Assembly (NCBI GenBank): GCA_036507895.1
Contig: DATCIG010000068.1
Span: forward strand, 11,046-75,045
Length of the DNA: 64,000 bases
DNA from: Coriobacteriia bacterium
Lineage (GTDB): Bacteria > Actinomycetota > Coriobacteriia > Anaerosomatales > PALSA-660
Direction: 5' to 3'
The position numbers and the translations under genes are program-made. A model generated the notes under the pieces. The model saw only the letters and a list, made by a program, of their open reading frames with translations, was not told where the DNA came from and did not search any database. Positions within the stretch are counted from its first letter, which is position 1. Each line of letters begins with the position of its first letter. Shown in pieces: positions 57,550 through 64,000 of this stretch.

Positions 57550-58106
57550 CGGACAGGTACCGCCCTTTCCAGGACGGGCAGGACGAACAGGGCCGCCACA
57601 AGGCACAGTGCCGCCGAGGGGCCCATGTATGTCGCGTTGTAGATCAAGGAGTAGAGCGCGACCGGCTGGCCGGCCGGTGCGTATGCGCCGAAGAACACGA
57701 TCCCGGACACGAAGTGGGCCCCGAAGCGGGCGAACATCGCGGCAAGCGCGAACGCCCCCGCGACCGCCGAGGCCGTTGCCGGCGAGGTGAAGGCGAGTCG
57801 ACGCCACGACCGGGAGCCGAAGCCCGCAAGGCCCACCAGCCCGTAGGCGACCGCGTAGTCGAGGACGAATTGCGCCCAGTGGACGATGCCGACAGGGTCG
57901 ATGGTGTAGTTCAGAAGCCCGTACAGGGCGCCGGTGACGACGCCGGGCACGGCTCCGCGCCTCAACGCCAGCACCAGGATCGGCAGCATGTCCAGCGAGA
58001 CGGAACCCCCGAACGGCAGCTTGAAGATCATGAAGCGTCCAAGCACGTACGCCAGGGCGATTGAGAGCCCGGCCTCGGCCAATATCCTCGTCCTTGATGC
58101 GGACAT
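57546..58106 (-). CDS. thiT: thiamine transporter ThiT (ECF S-component type)
   Basis: 186 aa with six hydrophobic segments. ILVLALRRGAVPGVVTGALYGLL resembles the ThiT core. Preceded by a THI-box RNA. Confidence 0.85.
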   Translation of the reverse strand: MSASRTRILAEAGLSIALAYVLGRFMIFKLPFGGSVSLDMLPILVLALRRGAVPGVVTGALYGLLNYTIDPVGIVHWAQFVLDYAVAYGLVGLAGFGSRSWRRLAFTSPATASAVAGAFALAAMFARFGAHFVSGIVFFGAYAPAGQPVALYSLIYNATYMGPSAALCLVAALFVLPVLERAVPVR

Positions 58107-58197
58107 CGCAGCACCTCTCCTCTTGCGTCGGCACGCCGACGACAGTGACTACCGTGCAAGGAGCGATGCTGAGCGAAGGCATGGAGCACCTTCGGAT

Positions 58198-58298
58198 CCG
58201 TTGTGCGGCGCCGCATTACCGGCACCGTCCTTCTCGGTCGCGACCTCCAAATGGAGCGGGTCGCCTCTCAGCCGCGCTCGACGCGGCTCCCGACACGG
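58198..58298 (-). promoter_or_regulatory. TPP (THI-box) riboswitch candidate controlling thiT-thiN
   Basis: The minus-strand RNA reads CCGUGUC-GGGAGC-CGCGUCGAGCGCGG-CUGAGAG-GCGACCC ... GGUGCCG-GUAAUG-CGGCGCC-GCACAACGG. The 5' half matches the THI-box consensus (GGGAGC, hairpin, CUGAGA, ACCC) and the UAAU-loop helix is present. The 3' half lacks a clear AGGGA and carries an extra hairpin. Confidence 0.6.
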
Positions 58299-58360
58299 TA
58301 GTTCTTCCCAAACGGGCCGGACGGCCCGCGCCCTCATCGTAGCACGCGGATAGACGGCCG

Positions 58361-59443
58361 CTACTCCATGGATCGCAGATAGGAGTACGGATTGACCCAG
58401 CGTCCACCGGGCCCCATCTGGAAATGCAGGTGGTTCGCTCCGCCGGCTGCATTGCCGGTGTTACCGACGTATCCGATGAGCTGGCCCGCCTTCACGTGGC
58501 CGCCCTTGATGGCGTAGCCGTTGAGGTGTGCGTAATAGTAGGTCCAGCCGTTATCCCCCTTGAGGGTGATCGACTTGCCGCCCAGGCCGTTGAAGTGCGG
58601 GTTCGCGCTGCCGCTCGACACCGCTACGACCGGGGTACCCTTCGGCGACATCAGGTCGGTGCCCATGTGGTGCCGGCCACCGGAACGCGGAGCCCCCCAG
58701 GTGTTCGAGTAGAAGTGAACACCTCTGACAGGAAACACCATCCCGTTCGGCCCGGGAGGATACGATCCCTGCCCGGGGTTCTCTGTGGCCATCTGAGCTG
58801 CGATCTGTCCGAGCACGCGGTCGTACTCCGCCCTTTTGCTCGCAAGGCGCGCTTCCAGAACATCCTTGCGCGTCTTGAGGACGGCCACCTGCTTGGCCTG
58901 GACTTTCGCATCGGCCACGAATCGGACGCGGTCCTTCTGAAGCCCCGCGCGCGTCGTCTTGACCTCATCGACGAGCGCGGCATCGCTCGACGCGATCAGC
59001 GTCACGTAATCGAGGCGTGTGACGAAGTCATCCCAGGTCGTCGACCCGAGGACGAAGCTCACCATCGAGTCCTCGCCGCCTTGCCGGTACATCGCATCCG
59101 CCCTGTCACCGAGCCGCGTCTCCGCGGTGGACAACTTCTTCGTCTGGGCCTTGATGCGTGCGTCGGTGAGCTTGATGCGGTACTGGGTGTCCTCGAGCTC
59201 GGTCGTGGCCTTCTCGAAAGCATCACCGGCCGGCGATGCGTCCTTTCGGATCGTCTCGAGCTGGGCACGCAATTGCACCAGGGTCGCTGCGGCCGCAGGG
59301 GCCGGCGACAGCGCGCCCAGCGACAGGCACACGAGAAGCGCGAGCGCGAGGCGTACAGGAGCGGTGCCCACACCGGGGCGCCGACCGGTGACCGACCCGG
59401 CCAGTGCACGCACGATTGGATGAGACATTCGAGGTGCTGTCAT
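58361..59443 (-). CDS. secreted M23 family peptidoglycan metalloendopeptidase with an N-terminal coiled coil
   Basis: ORF 58361..59716 trimmed to ATG 59443. Has a signal-like LALALLVCLSLGALSPAPAAA, about 170 aa of coiled coil, then the M23 motifs GGRHHMGTDL and ANHLHFQ. Confidence 0.85.
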   Translation of the reverse strand: MTAPRMSHPIVRALAGSVTGRRPGVGTAPVRLALALLVCLSLGALSPAPAAAATLVQLRAQLETIRKDASPAGDAFEKATTELEDTQYRIKLTDARIKAQTKKLSTAETRLGDRADAMYRQGGEDSMVSFVLGSTTWDDFVTRLDYVTLIASSDAALVDEVKTTRAGLQKDRVRFVADAKVQAKQVAVLKTRKDVLEARLASKRAEYDRVLGQIAAQMATENPGQGSYPPGPNGMVFPVRGVHFYSNTWGAPRSGGRHHMGTDLMSPKGTPVVAVSSGSANPHFNGLGGKSITLKGDNGWTYYYAHLNGYAIKGGHVKAGQLIGYVGNTGNAAGGANHLHFQMGPGGRWVNPYSYLRSME

Positions 59444-59450
59444 AGCGCGG

Positions 59451-59459
59451 AGTATACCA
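59451..59459 (-). promoter_or_regulatory. extended -10 TGGTATACT placed 7 nt before the M23 ATG (leaderless-type arrangement)
   Basis: The minus strand reads cgcTGGTATACTccgcgctATG. Confidence 0.4.
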
Positions 59460-59490
59460 GCGGCGCTTGCGGTCCGACGAGCCGGCGAAG

Positions 59491-59496
59491 TATCAT
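59491..59496 (+). promoter_or_regulatory. -10-like TATCAT upstream of the FmdB-family gene
   Basis: The plus strand reads ggcgaagTATCATgcc, with TTGCGG 18 nt upstream. The leader is about 55 nt. Confidence 0.3.
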
Positions 59497-59557
59497 GCCG
59501 CCCATCCCCCGGCCCGTGAACGCGCACCCATATGCGCACGAAAGAGGTACCTCGACG

Positions 59558-59806
59558 ATGCCCGCATACGACTTCCGCTGCGTGGAATGCTCGACGGTGT
59601 GCGAGATCACCCGTGCATCGCGCGACGACTCCCCTGTCCCCTGCCCCGAGTGCGGCGGCATCACCAAGCAGGTGTTCCACCCCGTCGGTGTCCACTTCAA
59701 AGGCAGCGGCTTCCACAACACGGACAACCGCCCGAAACCGCCGGCGGAGTCCGCCGCACCTGCCTGCCCCACCGGCGGATGCGCCGGGTGCCCGGCCGCC
59801 GAGTGA
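59558..59806 (+). CDS. FmdB family zinc-ribbon protein
   Basis: The 3' part of track ORF 58424..59806. ATG 59558 lies behind AAAGAGG. The product is MPAYDFRCVECS...CPECGG...KGSGFH, with a Cys/Gly-rich tail. Confidence 0.8.
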   Translation: MPAYDFRCVECSTVCEITRASRDDSPVPCPECGGITKQVFHPVGVHFKGSGFHNTDNRPKPPAESAAPACPTGGCAGCPAAE

Positions 59807-59835
59807 CGGCGCGCTGCATTCTTACGCGATGCTGA

Positions 59836-59869
59836 AAAGAGGCGGCCCCCGATCGGGGGCCGCCTCTTT
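59836..59869. terminator. bidirectional intrinsic terminator between convergent FmdB gene and glpX
   Basis: 15-bp perfect stem AAAGAGGCGGCCCCC-GATC-GGGGGCCGCCTCTTT, with flanking A and T runs built into the stem ends. Confidence 0.7.
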
Positions 59870-59897
59870 CAACGTGTAGCACGACCCCTTGGGGTCC

Positions 59898-60863
59898 TTA
59901 GTCCATGCGGACCCAGAACTTCTCGTCACCCTTGCGGTAGATGGTGTCGATGAAGCGCACCGTCTTGGACTTGGCGTCCATGGCCACCGAGTTGGTACGG
60001 GCGCCGTTGCCGAAGTACCGCACGCCTCGAAGCATCTCGCCGTCGGTGACGCCGGTGGCGATGAACGCGGCCTCATCGGTGTTGACCAGACAGTCCATAT
60101 CGAGGACACCGTCGATGTTGCACGTGCCCATCTCCACGGCACGCGCCTTCTCCTCGGGATTGCGCCAAGCGAAGCGACCCATGAAGCAACCGCCGATGCA
60201 CTTCATCGCGGCGCAAGCCAGTACGCCTTCGGGTGCGGCGCCGATCCCCAGGTACAGGTGGATGCCGGTTCCCTCGATCGCGGTCGCAACCGCACCGAAC
60301 ACATCGCCGTCGGAGATGAGCCGGATCCGGGCACCTGCCGCCCGGACCTCCTTGATCAGGTCGATGTGGCGCTCGCGATCGAGGATGCACACGACCAAGT
60401 CCTCGACGTCGCGATTCATGGCCTTGGCGACGTTGCGCACGTTCTCTGTGGCGCTGGCGTCGACGTGGACGGCCGACGCGGCGTCGGGGCCGACCGCGAC
60501 CTTGTGCATGTAGGTGTCCGGAGCATGAAGGAGGGTGCCCTTGGGTCCGAACGCCATGACCGCCAGCGAGTTCGACTGGCCGTACGCGGTCAGGTTCGTT
60601 CCCTCGAGGGGGTCGACGGCGATATCGATGCCCTCGCCGCCTCTGCCGACCTTCTCGCCGATGTAGAGCATCGGCGCCTCGTCGCGCTCACCCTCGCCGA
60701 TGACGATGGTTCCGTCGATGTCGACCTCGGCGAGCGCCTTACGCATGCCCTCAACGGCGGCATCGTCGGCCGCGTGCTTGTCGCCCTTGCCCATCCAGCG
60801 ACCGGCAGCCAAGGCTGCGGCCTCAGTGACCTCGAGCATTTCGACGATCCTCGTCGTGCGCAT
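59898..60863 (-). CDS. glpX: class II fructose-1,6-bisphosphatase
   Basis: ORF 59898..61028 trimmed to ATG 60863 behind GGGGAGG. Contains GEGERDEAPMLYIGEKVG and DPLEGT. Confidence 0.95.
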   Translation of the reverse strand: MRTTRIVEMLEVTEAAALAAGRWMGKGDKHAADDAAVEGMRKALAEVDIDGTIVIGEGERDEAPMLYIGEKVGRGGEGIDIAVDPLEGTNLTAYGQSNSLAVMAFGPKGTLLHAPDTYMHKVAVGPDAASAVHVDASATENVRNVAKAMNRDVEDLVVCILDRERHIDLIKEVRAAGARIRLISDGDVFGAVATAIEGTGIHLYLGIGAAPEGVLACAAMKCIGGCFMGRFAWRNPEEKARAVEMGTCNIDGVLDMDCLVNTDEAAFIATGVTDGEMLRGVRYFGNGARTNSVAMDAKSKTVRFIDTIYRKGDEKFWVRMD

Positions 60864-60909
60864 GCGACCTCCCCGATGAATGATTCGGCCAAGCCTGTTC
60901 GGCGGCCTC

Positions 60910-62271
60910 TTACCGTACGCGCCGCAACAAGGCGACGAAGTGACCGTCAGGTCCGTCGACACGAGGTGTCGACTGGAAGCACCCATCCGGTCCGATGTCA
61001 CCGCGCCATGAAGGCGGCACGGCCTCACTCAGGTCAGCGGTCTCGAACTCCCCCGCACGGTCAGCGAGGAAGGAGGCGACAAGATCGCCGTTCTCTGCTC
61101 GACTCACGGTGCAGGTAGAGTACACCACCACCCCACCGACCCTGACAAGCGATGCGGCCTCATCGAGCATCGAGCGCTGGAGCAGTGCCAACCGATCGAT
61201 ATCCTCGGCGGTGACGCGCCAGCGCTTCTCGGGACGTCTGCGCAGTGCTCCGAGCCCGCTGCACGGAGCATCCACGAGGACCGCGTCGACGCTGCCCTGT
61301 GGCGGCAAGCCCTCCACCGCGGCCGCGTCGGTGGCGTCGCCCACGAGCGGGATGACACCCGGGACCCTGAGGTCCGTCATGCGCCTCTGAAGCACCTCGC
61401 ACTTGAATGGGTGGATGTCGAGCGCATAGAGGGTGCACGGCGCGCCGGCGGCAACACTGAGCGCCTGGATCTGCGCGGTCTTGGTGCCGCGACCTGCGGC
61501 GAGGTCCACGACCGTCCCGCCGGGATGCGCTCCGACGACGCGCGCGGCCAGCTGCGCCGCCGCGTCGGTCACGAGCGCAAGGCCGGAACGAACGGTCTCC
61601 CCGCGGACCGCGGACTGCGCGTTCCCGGCGCGGATGCAGCCGGGCGACTCTTCGACAACCGGCTCGGCTCCGTCCGCAACGAGCGCGTCGATGATCTCCA
61701 CCGGCGATGCCCGGAAGGTGTTCGCCCACAGATGCAGCGGGGCCGGGTCCAGATCGGCGTAGAGGGCCTCGGTGGCCCGGTCGCGGCCGAGCTCGGCGAT
61801 CCAGCGGTCGACGAGCCAGCGCGGATGTCCGGTCGCCCGCGCCAGCGCGGCGTCGTCGGTCTGCGGGTCTCCCCACGGGAAGGTGTCCGCGTCCGCCGCG
61901 ATGCGGCGCAGGACCGCATTCGCGAGTCCCGCTGCCTGCGAGCGGACCTTGCGCGCCGCGTCGACGCCCTCATGGACGGCTGCGCGGGCAGGAGTCCTCA
62001 TGAACAGGAGCTCGTAGGCGCCGAGGCGCAGCACATCGCGTATCGCCGGCTCGAGAGCACGTGGGCGATCGAGGGTCCGTTCGATCGCCTCGTCAAGGCT
62101 GCCCATCGTCTGCAAGACGCCGTACGTCAGCCGCGTAGCCAGGGCGATGTCGCGCGGACTCATGTCGCCGGCGCGCAACACGGCGTCGAGGGTCTCGGGG
62201 CCGAACGACTCCCGTTCCCGAACGCGCCGCAGGACCATGAGGGCAGCCCGCCGTGCCGGTGAGACGCTCAT
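60910..62271 (-). CDS. rsmB: 16S rRNA (cytosine967-C5)-methyltransferase
   Basis: ORF 60910..62283. ATG 62271 (ATGA overlap with the fmt stop). Has a NusB-like N domain, then DLAAGRGTKT, DAPCSG and YSTCT. Confidence 0.9.
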   Translation of the reverse strand: MSVSPARRAALMVLRRVRERESFGPETLDAVLRAGDMSPRDIALATRLTYGVLQTMGSLDEAIERTLDRPRALEPAIRDVLRLGAYELLFMRTPARAAVHEGVDAARKVRSQAAGLANAVLRRIAADADTFPWGDPQTDDAALARATGHPRWLVDRWIAELGRDRATEALYADLDPAPLHLWANTFRASPVEIIDALVADGAEPVVEESPGCIRAGNAQSAVRGETVRSGLALVTDAAAQLAARVVGAHPGGTVVDLAAGRGTKTAQIQALSVAAGAPCTLYALDIHPFKCEVLQRRMTDLRVPGVIPLVGDATDAAAVEGLPPQGSVDAVLVDAPCSGLGALRRRPEKRWRVTAEDIDRLALLQRSMLDEAASLVRVGGVVVYSTCTVSRAENGDLVASFLADRAGEFETADLSEAVPPSWRGDIGPDGCFQSTPRVDGPDGHFVALLRRVR

Positions 62272-63185
62272 ACGGCACTCCATGATTCGTCAGCGGACAG
62301 TCGAGCTCCGCGCAGATAGGCCTCCGAGGGCATTGCCGACCTTCCTTCCGGGACGATCACATCAAGGCGAAGTGCGCCATCGGCTAAGCCGAGGGTCAAC
62401 CCCGCATCGGTCGCGACGCCCGCAAGCGCCGGTCGAAGATCGGACACGGTCGCGGACACGACCACGAAGCTGCGACCCGCGATGCACATACGCGACGGAG
62501 CGGTGGGCCCGGAGGCGCGAACGCGCCTGAGCGCCTCACCCACCGTAAGCTCCGGCGCGAGCGCCACGTCGGCGGCTGTGACCTTCGCGGCGTACGTGAC
62601 GAGCGCCTCGTCCTGGGCGACCCATTCGCAGCCGTCGCGCGCGAGGAGTTCGAGGGCCGCAAGGAGCACCGTTGCCCCGAGCTCGGCCAACTCGTCGGTC
62701 AGCTGCGCGGTCGTCTTCGCACCGACCGGGGTCGCGGCCTGGATGCACCACGGACCCGTGTCGAGGCCCGCCTCCATCCGCATGATCGAGACGCCCGTCT
62801 CCACATCGTCGGCCAGTATCGCCCTCTGTATCGGAGCGGCGCCCCGCCAACGCGGCAACAGCGATGCGTGGACGTTGAAACAGCCCAGACGCGGCAACTC
62901 GATGATCTCGGAAGGAAGGATGACGCCGTACGCGGCGACGACGATGGCATCGGGTCGCAGTGAACGCAGGACGTCCGCGTACTCGGGATCGCGAAGGTTT
63001 CGCGGCTGCTCTACGCGGATGCCGTCACGGATCGCCCGCTCCTTGACCGGAGAGGCCGTCAGGCGCCGGCCACGCCCCTTTGCGGCGTCCGGGCGGGTGT
63101 AGACCGCCACGACCTCGTGATCACGCAGCAGCGCCTCGAGAGACGGGACGGCGAAGGACGGAGTCCCCATGAATACGACTCGCAT
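62268..63185 (-). CDS. fmt: methionyl-tRNA formyltransferase
   Basis: ORF 62268..63218 trimmed to ATG 63185 (MRVVFMGTPSFAVPSL). Contains NVHASLLPRWRGAAPIQ. Confidence 0.95.
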   Translation of the reverse strand: MRVVFMGTPSFAVPSLEALLRDHEVVAVYTRPDAAKGRGRRLTASPVKERAIRDGIRVEQPRNLRDPEYADVLRSLRPDAIVVAAYGVILPSEIIELPRLGCFNVHASLLPRWRGAAPIQRAILADDVETGVSIMRMEAGLDTGPWCIQAATPVGAKTTAQLTDELAELGATVLLAALELLARDGCEWVAQDEALVTYAAKVTAADVALAPELTVGEALRRVRASGPTAPSRMCIAGRSFVVVSATVSDLRPALAGVATDAGLTLGLADGALRLDVIVPEGRSAMPSEAYLRGARLSADESWSAV

Positions 63186-63204
63186 CCGCGCACCCCCCTC
63201 TCCC

Positions 63205-63693
63205 TCAGCGGGACTCATTCGCCTCGCGGTAGCGTCTCAAGGCCGCACGCCGCTCCTCGAGCGTCGCCCGATCGATGATGAGCATGCCGTCGAGATGATC
63301 GGTCTCGTGCTGCAGGACTCGCGCGAACAGGCCTTCGGCGCTGATCCTCACGGGCTTGCCCTTGAGATCGAGGGCCTCGCAGACGCAGGAGACCGGCCGC
63401 TCGATCGGTATGTAGACCCCGGGGAACGACAGGCATCCCTCGTCGTCGATCTCGGTCTCTTCGGAGAGTTCGGAGATACGCGGGTTGCACAGCGCCATCA
63501 GACCGTCATCGATGTCGAGGATGATGACGCGCTTCTGGACACCGAGCTGCGTCGCGGCCAGACCGATGCCGGGCGCTTCGTACATGGCCGTCGCCATCGC
63601 GTGCACAAGTTGCATGAGGCCCTTGTCGGTGGTCGGATCGACCGCCACAGCCGTCTGCTTGAGTGCGGGATTGGGGTGTTCGAGGATCTCCAT
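63205..63693 (-). CDS. def: peptide deformylase
   Basis: 162 aa with GIGLAATQ, EGCLSFPG and QHETDHL. Confidence 0.95.
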   Translation of the reverse strand: MEILEHPNPALKQTAVAVDPTTDKGLMQLVHAMATAMYEAPGIGLAATQLGVQKRVIILDIDDGLMALCNPRISELSEETEIDDEGCLSFPGVYIPIERPVSCVCEALDLKGKPVRISAEGLFARVLQHETDHLDGMLIIDRATLEERRAALRRYREANESR

Positions 63694-63760
63694 CGGGCCC
63701 TTCGGGGTTCTCGTGCCGGCATGGCGGCGCTGACACCCGGGAGTGCCGTCGCAGTGCAGG

Positions 63761-63766
63761 ATTCTA
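63761..63766 (-). promoter_or_regulatory. -10 TAGAAT upstream of def-fmt-rsmB
   Basis: The minus strand reads ggtgTAGAATCCtgc, the same TAGAATCC core as at 6615 and 49081. It lies 16 nt after the priA stop and about 68 nt before the def ATG. Confidence 0.35.
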
Positions 63767-63781
63767 CACCGCCACGGGCCG

Positions 63782-64000
63782 CTACATCATGTCGACGGGA
63801 TCCACATCGGGTGCGACCGACACACCTTCGGGCATCCGAGCGCCAGCAAGACCCGCCCGAACGACCGCGGAGATGTCTCCATCGACAGGCGCCTTGACCA
63901 GTATCTGCCATCGATAGGAGTCCTTGGCCTTGGCGATCGAAGCAGGACCCGGGCCAAGGATCGCGTATCCCGTCGAACCCTCGGCCGCGACGCCCAGCGC
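63782..64000 (-). CDS. priA: primosomal protein N' (PriA), C-terminal 72 codons (5' part lies outside the window)
   Basis: Absent from the ORF track because it runs off the edge. My translation from 64000 reads ALGVAAEGSTGYAILGPGPASIAKAKDSYRWQILVKAP...VDPVDMM*, a PriA C-terminal pattern. Its position upstream of def-fmt is conserved. Confidence 0.75.
   Translation of the reverse strand, partial: ALGVAAEGSTGYAILGPGPASIAKAKDSYRWQILVKAPVDGDISAVVRAGLAGARMPEGVSVAPDVDPVDMM

Overview
High-GC (about two-thirds G+C by eye, not computed) actinobacterial-type chromosome segment that is almost entirely core housekeeping. I call 69 protein genes, 67 of them on the minus strand. They sit in long, tightly packed operons with many 1-, 4- or 8-nt stop/start overlaps. 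Gene order on the minus strand, from high to low coordinates: priA (3' end)-def-fmt-rsmB-glpX | FmdB zinc ribbon (+) | M23 peptidase | TPP riboswitch-thiT-thiN | rpmB (+) | DUF1858-asp23-fakA-fakB-recG-rsmD-coaD-coiled-coil protein-yceD-rpmF | ADP-forming acetyl-CoA synthetase-Pta-N-terminal-only protein-plsX-fabH-fabK-fabD-fabG-acpP-fabK paralogue-fabF-rnc-smc-ftsY-lepB-ffh-rpsP-khpA-rimM-trmD-lepB-rplS-rnhB-yraN-comM-dprA-trmFO-xerC-whiG-rpsB-tsf-pyrH-frr-uppS-cdsA-dxr-rseP-ispG | DUF485-actP-usp | small Rossmann protein-proS | rimP-nusA-ylxR-infB-rbfA-nrnA-truB (5' part). Actinobacterial synteny (whiG next to rpsB-tsf-pyrH-frr-cdsA) combined with Firmicute-like lipid and vitamin salvage genes (FabK, FakA/FakB, ThiT) suggests an anaerobic Actinomycetota lineage such as Coriobacteriia; this is inference only. 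I saw no rRNA, tRNA, CRISPR, IS/transposon, prophage or recognisable defence genes. Many long ORFs in the track are antisense or 5'-extended artefacts of GC-rich DNA, and I trimmed starts accordingly. I did not find a convincing new multi-gene system and regard the window as essentially ordinary. The most unusual items follow. (1) An ACD plus catalytic-domain-less Pta homologue is inserted at the head of the plsX-fab operon. (2) A DUF485-actP-usp acetate module and an orphan Rossmann mini-protein lie between ispG and proS. (3) An extra FabK-family gene lies between acpP and fabF. (4) NusA carries a Cys-rich C-terminal tail. (5) Several cis-RNA candidates are present: a TPP riboswitch variant, a rimP-nusA leader terminator, and an SD-sequestering hairpin before yraN-comM-dprA. 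All promoter, terminator and riboswitch calls were made by eye and need computational confirmation.
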